Shown piece by piece: positions 51,101 through 64,000 of a stretch of DNA of 64,000 nucleotides. How positions within the stretch are numbered: position 1 is the stretch's first letter; each line of letters begins with the position of its first letter. Both the position numbers and the translations under genes were made by a program. Source of the stretch: Malacoraja senta (Eukaryota). The notes beneath the pieces were generated by a model. The model was given only the letters and a program-made list of their open reading frames with translations, was not told where the DNA came from and did not search any database. The stretch is taken from NCBI GenBank assembly GCA_038087875.1, contig CM075988.1, forward strand, positions 6,076,001 through 6,140,000, in the 5' to 3' direction.

Positions 51101-52969
51101 CCCTCTTTAGACTCTGGCATCTGCATTTCCTTCCCACACATGCTTTGGCTGACTTGATAACATCATATGGTTAATGAGCATGGACGCAGACCCTTCAGCC
51201 CATCGTGTCCATTCTAACCACCAATCATCCATTTACACTACATATTTTATTTTCCTCACACTCCCATCTTCCCAATTCTACCACTTACTCACAAACAAAA
51301 AGACATTTACACTGGCCAATTAACCTGCCAGCCTGCACTTTTTTAGGGGTGAAGGTTTCATTCATTGTTCCTCATATCTCCTTATGTGGTTGATGGTTGG
51401 TGTATGGAACAGGCTGCCAGAGGAGGTCGTTGAGGCAGGTACTATAACAGTATGTAACAGACACTTGGACAGGCACATGGATAGGAACGTGCAGGAGAAA
51501 TGGGCCAAACACGGGCAAATGGGACTTGCTTCGATGGCAGAACTTGGTCGGCATGGAGGAGTTAGGCCGAGCTCCTATTTCTGTGCTGTTTCACTATGAT
51601 TCCAGGTTCAGGAACAGCTTCTTCCCTACAGACATCAGGCTATTAAACACTACAACCATTAAGCTCTGAACTGCAACGACCGGCCCCTCAGGTTTCCTCC
51701 CACACTCCAAAGACATACAGGTTTGTAGGTTAGACACAAAAAGCTGGAGTAACTCAGCGGGACAGGCAGCATCTCTGGAGAAAAAGAATGGGTGACATTC
51801 TTCAGTCTCGACCCGAAACATCACCCATTCTTTCTCTCCAGAGATGCTGCCTGTCCCGCTGAGTTACTCCAGCTTTTTGTGTCTACCTTCAGTTTAAACC
51901 AGCATCTGCAGCTCCTTCCAACACAGGTTTGGAGGTTAATCAGCTTCGATAAAATTGTCCCTAGTGTGTAGGATAGTGCTGGTGAATGGAGTGATCGCTG
52001 GTCGGCACAGACTCGGTGGGCCGAAGGATATGTTTCCCCGCTGTATCTCTAAAGTCTAAAGTAATCTCTAAAGTAAAGTCCTCTTATCCTGGCTGGTGGG
52101 GTTGTGGGATAAGTTAACAATCGTAAATCTGGAAGAATAGATTACTTGCCCCTGTAAAATCCCATCAGTGTGTGTTGGACATTGAGTTGTTGAATAATCC
52201 ATTTTGCCTGATCATTGAATGGTCAATGAAAATGACATCCACATATTCGGAAGAGGGTTCCGCTGAACACACTCTCTTTAGAATAAATTTTTGAATTGTC
52301 TCTGTTGCTGTTTGTAATATCTGCACAATGGCATGGTGGAAATAAATAATTTCATACTCATACTCATAATCATACTTTATTAGCCATGTATGTTTTGCAA
52401 CATACGAGGAATTTGATTAGCCATACAAATACTAATAAAAAGCAACAGAACACACAAAATACATTTTAACATAAACATCCACCACAGTGACTCCTCCACA
52501 TTCCTCACTGTGATGGAAGGCGAAGAAAAGTTCAATCTCTCCCTTCTTTGTCCTCCAGCGGTCGGGGGCCTCGAGCCTTCCGTTGACGGGACGATCTTAC
52601 TCCCGTAGCCGGCGGCGGGCTTCCTCGTCGGGGCGATCAAGCTCATGCATCGGGGGGGATCTCAGCTCCTCCTCGCCGGGCGATCTCCCTCGAGTCGGGG
52701 CTGGTCGACGTCGTGCGGCTTCCAGAGCTTCCCGACTCGGTCTCTTACCCGAGACTGCGAGCTCCTTGATGTTAAAGTCCGCAGGAGCGTCGATCCCAGG
52801 CAAGGGATCGGCTCCGGTGGTAAGTCCACATCCCCGTGGTGGGGCTTGAAGTCAGTCCAGAGCAAGTCTTCCACCTCCACGATGTTAGGCCGCAGAACAA
52901 CCAGAGATACGATCCGGAAAACAATCACATCTCCAGCAAGGTTAGAGAATGAAAAACAAGTTTGCCCAG

Positions 52970-53070
52970 ACCCCCTCCCCCACCCCCTCCCCACCCCCTC
53001 CCCCACCGCCTCCCCCACCCCCTCCCCCACCCCCTCCCACACCCCCTCCCCCACCCCCTCCCCCACCCCC
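52970..53070. repeat. (CCCCCTCCCCCA)n repeat, G-quadruplex-prone on the minus strand
   Basis: Directly visible; lies inside the element at 52352-53175. Confidence 0.9.
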
Positions 53071-56059
53071 ACATAAAACAAACCGGAGAACATTAACACA
53101 AACTTTTAAAACACACTAAAAATAGACAAAAGAAAGACGAAAAGGACAGACAGACTGTAGGCGATGCTGCCATCGAAGCCCCACCTGGTGGTATTTCTTG
53201 AAGTACTGAAGGCTAAAACTGCAGGGGCAACAAGGAAATGCTAGCCATTGGAATCATGTTTGGAGAGGGGCGATAGGTTTGGAGCCCCCTGTCTTGTTGT
53301 GGTCCCTTTCCCCTATCAAGCCCATAACTTCAGCCCCCACAAGGTTCTGATTAGCCTTTCACCCTGCAGAGACTTGCTATGGAGTTTGGCTGTGGATTGG
53401 TGCTATCAAGCAACCAGAACCACAGGCCAACAAGCATATGTAATGCCTGTGGCCTCCTCAATTGGAAACAGATTTCTGTTCCCTGGTTCCTCTGATACAT
53501 AGAGTCCAAATGAAGTTTTAACCCCTTTCTTCTCCGTCTCACTCCAATTGTTTGTTTATTGAAGCAGGTTAAAGTAAAGTCAACTGGTTCTCTTGCTCTC
53601 TCTGTTTATCCTGGTGAGGTTAACGCCTTATAAAGGTGCCTTCAACACAAAGACCCTTTCCGCTATTTCCCTTGGAGCAATGGATTTACCCTCAACGGTC
53701 ACGGAGGGGCATAATTACAAGGTAAGGGGTAGTCTATTAAGGCTAAGGCTCGTCGGAATTCCTTCTCAGAGGGTGATGAATCTCTGATGGTCTCAACCCC
53801 GGAGGTTGTGGAGGTAGGATCTTTGGAGGTACATGAAGAGGAGGTAGATAATCTTCTGAAGCTAGCACCATGGCGCAGCGTTGGAGTTGCTGCCTTACAG
53901 CGCCAAAGACCTAGGTTTGATCCTGACTACGGGTCCTGTCTGCATGGAGTTTGTATGTTCTCCCCATGACCTTGTGGGTTTTCTCTGGGTGCTCTGGTTT
54001 CCTCCCACACTCCAAAGACGTGCAGGTTTGTAGCCTAATTGGCTTTGGTAAAAATTGTAATTTGTCCCCAGTGTGTAGGATGGTACAAGTGTTCGGGGAT
54101 TGCTGGTCGCTACGGACTTGTTGGGCCCAAGAGCCTGTTTCCTTGCTGGATCTCTAAATTGAACTAAACCAAACTAAACTTGGGTAACACAGGACTCTGG
54201 GGGACTGGTCGAGAGGAAGAGTTGAGACTTTGGACAGATTAATCTCGATCACACTGAATGGTGGGGCAGCCCTGAGGGGCACAGTAACCTACTCCTGCTC
54301 CTATTTTCTTGAGCTCCTGTGTGATTATGGTACAAAACATCGAACGGTACAGCATAGGAACAGGCCTTTCAGTTCACGATGATTGTGTCAAACCTGGTGC
54401 CTATGTCTGAAGAAGGATCTCGACTCAAAACGTCATCCATTCCTTCTCTCCAGAAATGCTGCCTGTTCCGCTGAGCTACTCCAGCTTTTTGTGTCTATCT
54501 TCGGTTTAAACCAGCATCTGCAGTTCTTTCCTACACATGCCTATTAAACTAATCCCTTCTGCCTGCACTTGATCCATATCCCACCATTCCCTGTATATCC
54601 ATGAGCCTATCTAAAAGCCTCTTAAACACCACTATTGTGAGAGAGCCACTGTATCTGCTGGCAACACTGTCCCTGGCAACGCATTCCAGGTATCCACCAC
54701 TCTTTGTGTAAAAATCCTGCCCCACACTTCTCCTTACATTCTCTCCCACTCAGTTCAAGTTCGAGTGAGTTTATTGTCATGATAGGACAATGAAATTCTT
54801 GCTTTGCTTCAGCACAACAGAACATAGAAGGCATTGACTACAATGCCCTCCATCCTGGGAAATGTGTCCTGACTGTGTAACGATGTGTTTGATCGCTCCA
54901 CCCTGAGAGAGCACCTGTGAAGATGCTTCTACGCGTAGTCAGCATGTGTGGAGTGCAAAAGATGGAGTTGAAACACGACTATGAACCCAATCTTCTTGAT
55001 TAGCGAGGGTGTCAAAGGTTACGGGGAGAAGGCAGGAGAATGGGGTTGAGAGGGAAAAATAGATCAAATAGCCATGATCAAATGGCGGAGCAGACCCGAT
55101 GGGCCAAATGGGATCATTCTGTTCCTATGTATTATGAGCTTATGAATCGATGATAAGCTCTGAGGTAAAATGGAAACTGGAGAGCAGACACATTCCTTCT
55201 CTCCAGAGATGCTGCCTCACCTGCTGTTACTCCAGCATTTTGTATCTGCTTTCGATTTTACCAGCATCTGCAGTTCCTTTTTACACATGGAAACTGAAGT
55301 AGTCTCCATGGAACCCTCTGTCGATGGTAAAAGCATGTAAAAGCTTGTAGCCAACAAACCTGCAAATAAGTTGTCAGCCTCAAACACTTGCATCAGTCAG
55401 AAGCACAGTGTTCCTGAATCAGAAACTTACAGGGCTCTCTTATTTAATTTAGTTTAGTTTAGTTTATTGTCATGTGTACCGAGGTACAGTGAAAAGCTTT
55501 TTTTGAGTGTTAACCAGTCAGCGGAAAGTCAATACATGATTACAATCGAGCCATTTACATTGTATAGACACATGATAAGGGAGTAACGTTTTAGTGCAAT
55601 AAGGTTTAGTCTTATCCATGTCGTAACCCAGTTGAGTGCAATATTGAGGAATTGCTCAAACTTTTAAATGGACGTCTCATCTGTTCTCCCAGCTCGATAT
55701 TAATGTTGGTAACTGAAGAAAAGTGGACAATGTGTCAGAAGGAACTGCAACCGAAGATAGACACAAAATGCTGGAGTAACTCAGCGGGACAGGCAGCATC
55801 TCTGGAAAGAAGGAAGGAAGGGGTGATGTTTTGAGTCGAGACCCTTCTTCAGACCTTCAGAGAAGTGGAAAATGTTCTTGCGTGATCTCTGATATTTTTA
55901 CTCCCCAGTAAACAATACCAGAATGCTTATTTGTGCATTTTGTATTCTCCAATTTGGCTGCTGCAGTTCTGGCAGCGTGACAGTCACTGTTATACTTGGA
56001 CCATTCTGACCATATGAGTGTTTTATAACTGATCACAGCTGCTGAGAGTTGAATCCACC

Positions 56060-56663
56060 TAACCTCAGGCAGTGATCCACTGAGTACATGCCCCAATCAG
56101 CATCAACGGTGCCAAAGTGGAAATGAGTGAGAGTTACAAGTTCCTAGGCGTGAATATCACCAAGTCTGTTGCCGTCCAACCAATGGAGGAAACGACAGCT
56201 AAAATATCACACCAACACCTCTGCTTCCTCAGGAGGCTGAGAAAATTTGGCATGTCTCTAACAGCTCTTACGAACTTCTACAGATGCACCACAGAAAGCA
56301 AACTAGCGGGTTACCTCATGGCTTGGTTTGGGAACACCTCCACACAAGTTCAGACTGTTGTGCATGAAGCCCATGTACATCGCACAGACCAGTCTCCATC
56401 TACCCGTGACGCAGCCTCGGGAAAGCAGCCGACATAAGCAAAGACTTGTCCCACCCCAATCATTGGTTGACAAAAATGCTGGAGAAACTCAGCGGGTGAG
56501 GCAGCATCTATGGAGCGAAGGAATGGGTGACGTTTCGGGTCGAGACCCTTCTTCAGACTGAATGTTCCAGCATCTGCAGTTCCTTCTTAAACACCACCCC
56601 AATCATTCCTTCTTCTCCTTACTCTAATTAGGCAAGAATTTAATTTAATTTAATTTAGTTTGG

Positions 56664-56695
<32 letters not shown>

Positions 56696-56940
56696 TCACG
56701 TGTACTGAGGTACAGTGAAAAGCTTTTCTTGTGTGCTAACCAGTCAGCGGAAAGACAGCGGACATACGGCAGCTTGAAAGCGCGCACCACCAGACTCAGG
56801 AACAGCTTCTTCCCCTCTGTTAGCAGACTTGTGAATGGTCCCTCCATAAGCTAGGGTGCTGTCTCCATTCTCCAAGCTACCTCATTGCGGACATTGGACT
56901 TTTTCTCTGGAAGTGTTGCATCGTATTTCTGATATCTCTG
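56060..56940 (+). mobile_element. Degenerate Rex1/Babar LINE 3' part with Penelope-derived and Rex-tail inserts
   Basis: SYKFLGVNIT..LCFLRRLRKFGMS..LTNFYRCTTES; insert 56465-56592 flanked by ccaccccaatcatt. Confidence 0.8.
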
Positions 56941-58255
56941 GTATTTTCCTCTTTGCTCTATCTTTTGTAGACTTTAGCCTCTTAGACTTTGGAGATACAG
57001 CGTGGAAACAGGCCCTTCGGCCCACCGAATCTGCGCTGACCAGCAATCACCCCGTACACTAACCTCCACACGCTAGGGACAATTATACAACTTACCAAAG
57101 CCAATTAACCTGCAAACCTGTACGCCTTTTGAATATGGGAGGAAACTGGAGCACCTGGAGAAAACGCACGCTGTTATATGGAGAAGGTACAAACTCCATA
57201 CTGACAGCACCCGTAGTCAGGATCAAACCCGGGTCTCTGGTGCTGTGAGGCAGCAACTCTAATGCTGCGCCACTGTGCTACCCCAGATGTGGGGAAATGA
57301 GAGATTATCCAATTTTGCAGAAAAAAAGGAAAAGTAGACTATTTTTAAATAACGTGACATTATTAAATGTTGGCGATCAGAGCAATAAGGATGTGCGCTG
57401 GCCCTGTGAGGCAGCAACTCTACCGCTGCACCACTGTGCCACCCTAGCTTGTGATTGACTTGATGGCATTCATGTTTAGTATTATCTGATTTGTTTGGAT
57501 ACACGCAAACAAAAGCTTTTCACTGTGCCTCGGTGCACTTGACAATAATAAACCTCAACTCAAATCTGAGTGCAGTGATGACAAAAGTGTTTCCTCACCA
57601 AATTGTGACAGTGAGAGGTGTGAGTGAGCTGAGGCTGAAGGGTTTTCTGGAGTGGGGGGGTGGTGAGACGAGATGAAGGCAGGAGGGGAGGACTGGAGTG
57701 AGGGCAGGGGGTGGGAGACTAGTGAGTGATGTTTGATCACCAGAGGCAAAGCTTGTTAACATGAACCAAGTGCCCTACAATAACTTGCTATTTAAAAGTC
57801 CAGGGAGTGACATTACCATTAACGTGACTGAAACTTGCCATCAGCTATGGGAATGTTAAATGTTGTCCCCGATTTTTAACTTGATAATCAAGGTATCATT
57901 CAATGCAATTTTTAGACAGATTCACATCAGTTCAATTAGACATCTGGAAAAACTCTTCTGGTTTTGATAATTGGCTCATTATTTGGGTGTCCAATGTCAT
58001 TATGTGGCAGTGTCATAAGGAGCACAGACACACAACCTGATTCAATCATCTGTGGCTTCCAGTCGCTTTATGCAAAAGCCTTTCATTCATAGATTGGAAA
58101 CAGGCCTTGTTTATTGGGCTGTAAGTGAGGATGTGGGGCCTGGCTGTAAATAACCCCAAAGGCACTGGTGTCATTTCTTACTTTACCTTGTTAACCGGTT
58201 TAATCAGTTGGCGACTTACTAGTAAACACAGGCAAGTGTGAGAATCACTTCTCAG

Positions 58256-58645
58256 AGTGTTGTGTGCGTATGTGTGCGTGTGTACGTGTGTGTCTGTGCC
58301 TGTGTCGCGTGTGTCTGTGTATCTGTGCGCGTGTGTGTCTGTATGTGCGTGTTAGTGTGACTGGTGTGCTTTGTAAGCATGCGAGCAAACATGCGTGTGC
58401 TGTGTATGTGTGTGTGTGGGATGCAAGTGAGGTGGGTGTATGCATGCTGTGCTGTGTGTGGATGTATGTCAGTATGTGCTCATGTTTGTGTGCATGGGTG
58501 CTTTGTACATGTATTTGTACACACGTACATGTGGAGTGTATGTGTGTGCATGCTTGCGTGCTTGTACTTGTGTGCACTTGCATATGCAGTGTGTATCTGT
58601 ATGCTGTGCACCATGTGCATGTATGTGGGTATGTGCGTGTACATA
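58256..58645. repeat. Degenerate (GT)-rich simple repeat
   Basis: Directly visible. Confidence 0.9.
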
Positions 58646-58727
58646 TGAGCTCGGAAAATGAAACCTCAGTGGTCTGATGGAGCAGTGTGAAAGGGGTAAG
58701 TATTAGTGTGTGTGCCTCCTGTGACTA

Positions 58728-60830
58728 AACATAGAAAACAGGAGCAGGAGGAGGCCATTGGGCCCTTCGAGCCTGCACCGCCATTCATTGTGATCATGGC
58801 TGATCATCCACAATCAGTAACCCGTGCCTGCCTTCTCCCTATATCCCTTGATTCTGCTAGCCCCTAGAGCTCTATCTAACTCCCTTTTAAATTAATCCAG
58901 TGAATTGGCCTCCACTGCCCTCTGTGGCAGAGAATTCCACAAATTCACAACTCTCTGGGTGAAAACGTTTTTTCTCATCTCAGTTTTAAATGGCCTTCCC
59001 TTTATTCTTAGACTGGCCCCTGGTTCTGGACTTCCCCATCACTGGAAACATTTTCCTGCATCTAGCTTGTCCAGTCCTTTTATAATTTTATACGTTTCTA
59101 TAAGATCACCTCTCATCCTTCTAAACTCCAGTGAATACAAGCCCAGTCTTTTCAATCGTTCCTCATATGACAGTCCCGCCATCCCAGGGATCAATCTTGT
59201 GAACCTATGATGCACTGCCTCAGTAGCAAGAATCTCCTTCCTCAAATTAGGAGACCAAAACTGCACACAATACTCCAGATGTGGTCCCACCAGGGCCCTG
59301 TACAACTGCAGAAGGACCTCTTTACTCCTATACTGAAATCCTCTTGTTATGAAGGCCAACATTCCATTAGCTTTCTTCACTGCCTGCTGTACCTGCACGC
59401 CAACTTTCAGTGACTGGTGTACAAGGACACCCAGGTCTCTCACCACTAGCCACTGCCTGCCATTCTGACAGGGACCCGTTTATTCCTACTCTTTGTTTCC
59501 TGTCTGCCAACCAATTCTCTATCCATGTCAATACCCTACCCACAATACGATGTGCTCTAATTTTGCCCACTAATCTCCTGTGTGGGACCTTATCAAAGGC
59601 TTTCTGAAAGTTCAGATACATTACATCCACTGACTCTCTCCTTCATCCATTTTACTTGTCACATCCTCAAAAAAAATCTAGAAGATTAGTCAAGCAGGAT
59701 TTCCCCATCATAAATCCATGCTGACTTGGACCAAACCTTTTACTGCTATGCAAATGTACCGTTATTATTTCTTTAATAATTGACTCCAGCATCTTCCCCA
59801 CCACCGATGTCAGGCTAACTGGTCTATAATTCCCGGTTTTTTCTCTCGCTCCTTTCTTGAAAAGTGGGATAAGATTAGCTACCCTCCAATTCACTGGAAC
59901 TGATCCTGAATCTATAGAACATTGGAAAATGATCACCAATGCATCCACGATTTCTAGAGCCACCTCCTTGAGTACACTGGGATGCAGACCATCAGGCCCT
60001 GGGGATTTATCAGCCTTCAGTCCCATCGGTCTACCCAATACTATTTCTCGCCTAATGCAAATTTATTTCAGTTCCTCTGTCTACCTAGATCCTCTGTCCT
60101 CTAGTACATCTGGGAGATTGGTTCTGTCTTCACTAAGGAAGACAGAACAAAAGTATCTGTTCAACTCTTCTGCCATTTCCTTGATCCCCATAATAATTTC
60201 ACCTGTTTCTGCCTTCAAGGGACCCACATTTGTCTTTACTAATCTTTTTCTCTTAACATACATTTTTTTTTTTTTTTTTTTTTAATTTTTATTTATTAGA
60301 AGTACATTACATTACAACCACATACATTAATACTCGTCATTTATATCTTCTTACAATTAATGTACTCCCTTTATTTATTTTTTTACACTAGAGAAAGAAA
60401 AGATTGAAAGAGAGAAGAAAGTGAAGGAAAAAGTGCAAGTGTAGAAAAGTGTAGAAAATGTAACAACAAAAAAGGACGAAGACCCTATAAGAGCGAAATT
60501 AAAAACAAAAAGAAAAAGAGTTAAGAAATAGGCCCTAAGAAAAGAAAAGAGAAAGAGAAAAAAAGAGAAACAAATGTTTTTTTTTGAGCATCACGTAAAT
60601 AGGACATACCAACTCTTCAACTATCATCCCCCCTTACCCGACCTCAATTTTTTATTTTTTTTAAAGTACTTTTGCACCCTATGTTTGTAATAATTCTATA
60701 AATGCATAAAGAGGCTTTTACTAACCTTCTTTATATTCTTGGCCAGCTTACCCTCGTACTTCATCTATTAACCCCTTTTTGTTACCTTCTCTGTCCTTTG
60801 AAACTTTCCCAATCCTCTGGCTTCCCGCCA
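58728..60830 (-). mobile_element. CR1 LINE (second subfamily), internally deleted, with a poly(A)-tailed insert at ~60263-60704
   Basis: ORFs 59039-59446, 59367-59630, 59667-60038 and 60081-60263; VASG is joined directly to RDLGV (RT core missing); the insert starts with a long T run. Confidence 0.9.
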
Positions 60831-61408
60831 CTCTTTACTCTACTAGATGGGACATTATCGGTTTAGTTTAGAGATACAGCTGGTTCTGCGCTGTATCTCT
60901 AAACTAGATTTAACTAAGCGAAACTAAACTAACTAAACTAAACTAAAACTAATCAGTCTGAGGAAGGGTCTCGACCCGAAACATTACCCATTCCTTCTCT
61001 CCAGAGATGCTGCCTGTCGAGTTACTCCAGCATTTTGTGTCAACCTTAAGCTAAACTAAACTGTCCCTGCTGACCAGGTTGACATTCTGTGCTAACCCCA
61101 TATCCCCTAAACCTTCCTCTCCACATTCCTGTCAAGTTTATCAAGACTGTTTTGTAGGTTCACCGCTGAGATGTTGCAGGTGACCTGCTTTCTCCATCGT
61201 GGAGAGAAACATAAGGACAGCCAGTGTCCACGTGCCCTGGTACTGCCTCCAGCGGCCGGGTCTGATCCTCATTTCTGGAGCAGTCTGTGTGGAGATTTCC
61301 TTTCCAGATGCCCCCCCCCCCCTGCATTATCCCAAAAACATGCATTGAGGTGTGGCAATAGTTTGCTGTAAAATGGCCACAAGTGTGGAGGTGAGTGGTA
61401 GACTCTGG

Positions 61409-62122
61409 CAGGCATGGAACTCGCTATCAAAATATGGAGGGGACCGGAGGACAGGGGGGACACATGCGCACACTCACACACACGTGCGCGAGGCTCCGGA
61501 GGCTCAATCCAGCGCTAAATGCAGCTCAACTCTGCCTGTCTCGCCGAGTTAACCTACAGCCCTGCCTGAACTGACGGGACACCAGCGCTGCTTCTCCGCG
61601 CTGGCCATATTTCCCACAAGCCCAGGCAGGTTCACCTGGCGGGACAGGCAGAGTTGAGCTGGGTTTAGCGCTGCTTCTCTGCGCTGGCTGTGGGCCTGGG
61701 GGCGCCGCGCCCGTTAGACTCCCGACCTCTCTGGCCACCCGTGGAGGGGGGCACTCGGGTGGGGACGGGACAGGGCCGGAGACCCGGCCGGGATCGATCC
61801 TGGCTGCGGATGAGGCACAGGTCTGTGCCACGTCTCCCTCCTCCAATCACCGCGCTCTATCCTCAGTCCCACCCCCCCCACTCCTCCCTCCTCCAATCAT
61901 CGCGTTGAATCATCATGTCCCGCCCCATTGCCTGCTGACCGACGTCTCTCTCGTCCAATCGGCGCCCTCGATCAGCAGTCCCACCTCCACTGTCTCGCGG
62001 AAAGAGGAGATTTCACCGGGTTTTAAAATCCGGAATACAAAAACTTGGGGGGGATGTCCCCCACCTCTCAAAACATGGGTGGGGACGTGTCCCCTCTGGC
62101 CCCCCCGGGTTTTCCGCCCCTG
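61409..62122. mobile_element. 714-bp GC-rich non-autonomous hAT-like DNA transposon
   Basis: 8-bp TSD gactctgg (61401-08 and 62123-30); CAG..CTG ends with imperfect TIR caggcatggaa / ttccgcccctg; subterminal ggggac / gtcccc motifs. Confidence 0.78.
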
Positions 62123-62399
62123 GACTCTGGGGGGAGCTGATGGGAATGTGGGCAGAATAACAAGATTTATGTGAAGGACGAGTGCACATGGGTGATTGAT
62201 GGACAGCATGAACTCGATGGGCCGATGGGCCAGTTTCCATGCTTTAAAGGTTACGACTTTATGCTTGGGGATTGGAGCCTGTGCAGGGGTTAGGATTCAG
62301 TCAGAGCTCCAATTATTAGGTTTTAGCAAGAGACAAAGTGATTGTAACGTTATGCAACGTAATTCATGGTGTCAACAGGGGCAGCCCAGTGCAGAGGGG

Positions 62400-62716
62400 G
62401 GGGCACAGTGGCACAGTGGGTAAACTTGCTTCCTCACAGCGCCAGGGACCCGGGTTCGATCCTGACTATGGGTGCTGTCTGTACGGAGTTTTACGTTCTC
62501 CTCATGACCTGCGTGGGTTTCCTCCGGGTGTTCCAGATTTCTCTCTCATTCCAAAGACGTGCTGGTTTGTAGCTTAATTGGCCTCTGTAAATTGCCCCTG
62601 GTGTGCAGGATGTAAAAGTGGGTAACATGGAACGAGTGTTTGGGTGATGAACTCGGTGTGCCGAAGGGCCTGTTTCCAAACTGTTTCTCTCAACCAAACT
62701 AAACTAAACTAAACTA
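62400..62716 (+). mobile_element. HE1-type V-SINE
   Basis: tRNA head, V-domain, (CTAAA)n tail. Confidence 0.88.
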
Positions 62717-62929
62717 ACCTGTTGGTTGAACAAGAAGTGTTGGAGTGATCCAGCGGGCCAAGCAGCATCTCTGGAGGACGTGGGTAGGTGACGTTTTGGG
62801 TCGGGACCCTTCTTCAGACTTGTGATGTTGGTCCTCCAGAGACACCACCCAACCTACAGCACTTGGTGTTCTATCCAAGATTCCAGCATCATCAGTATCT
62901 CCATCTCAACTGTTGGTGTTGTCCTCAGT

Positions 62930-63320
62930 AAGGTCACAAGGCTGACATTTTGCTGCATTAAAGGTGCTACAAAACTGGCTCTGAGCCCCACGGTGCGAAG
63001 GTGATGCATTCACATCAGCATCTGGGGAAAGTTGCCAGATGTGTCCTGTCCACAATATGCAGGAAACATCAAATCTAGCAAATTGCTTTTCCATCAGACT
63101 ACCCTGAGTCATAGCAAAGGTGATGGATGATGTTGTCAGCAGCTGGTCTCGGGTGGTATACCGCAGTAATTTCCCACCTTATCCTGGTGTTTGCTCTAAC
63201 AGGACCACTGACCTCTGGGCAGGGCTCGGCACAAAAGCTAAACTTGGAAGGTGAGGTGAGAGCGATTATCCTTGAATCTGGGGCAGAAATTATTCTCGCG
63301 AGACACCAAGGACCTCCAGT
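62930..63320 (+). mobile_element. Highly decayed LINE RT fragment
   Basis: Traces of W..A.VCPVH....SNLAN..PI..L...AKVM and GEVR.I.L motifs across frames. Confidence 0.45.
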
Positions 63321-64000
63321 TCCGGAGCTTCCAGTTCAGTTCAGTTTATTGTCATTAGTGCTAACCAGTCAGCGGAAAGACAATACATGATTACAATCGA
63401 GTCATTCACAATGTATGATAAGGGAATAACGTTTAGTGCAAGATAAAGCCAGTAAAATACGATCAAGGATAGTCTGAGGGTCACCAATGAGGTTCCCTGC
63501 ACCACCCAGTCAGATGTGGGAGGTGGGAACGTTTGCTGATGATTGAATTTCGACTTTAGACATTAGAGATACAGTGCGGAAACAAACCCTTCCGTCCACG
63601 AGTCCATGCCAACCAGTGAACCCCATTACACTAACGCTATCCTACAATTTAGGGACAATTTTTACAATTACAAATTGACAATTTCCACCAAAGCCTGTTA
63701 ACCTACAAGCCTGTACGTCATTGGAGTGTGGGATAAAACCAGAGAACCTGTAGAAAACCCACGCGGTCACGGGGAGAACATACAAACTCAATACAGACAT
63801 CACCGGCCTGACTTTGCTAAAAATAATAAATTGTTCCTCGTGTGTAGGATAGCGCTGCTGGATGGGGATTGCTAAAAATAATAAATTGTTCCTCGTGTGT
63901 AGGATAGCGCTGCTGGATGGGGATTGCTGGTCGGCGCGGACTCCGTGAGTCGAAGGGCCTGTACCTCCAAACTAAAAAACGAAACACTTTAAACTTTAAT

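Overview
Eukaryotic, repeat-dominated vertebrate DNA, most likely a cartilaginous fish (skate or ray). This is inferred from many HE1-type V-SINEs and HER1/CR1 LINEs. Most of the ORF track comes from decayed transposons or microsatellites. One real spliced gene can be read on the + strand: five GT-AG exons at 17208-23851 join in frame and encode a transmembrane helix plus an acidic cytoplasmic tail. From recall, the TM exon resembles VSIG10L2. The rest is CR1, Rex1/Babar, L2, RTE-type and L1-like LINE fragments, a Gypsy integrase relic, a solo LTR and MITEs (Harbinger-like, hAT-like, one with P-element-like ends). The most notable system is a dense family of short Penelope-derived elements. 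They carry a minimal hammerhead ribozyme core, often have clear 10-16 bp target-site duplications, and are often arranged as inverted or partial-tandem copies. All calls were made by eye, without database searches.
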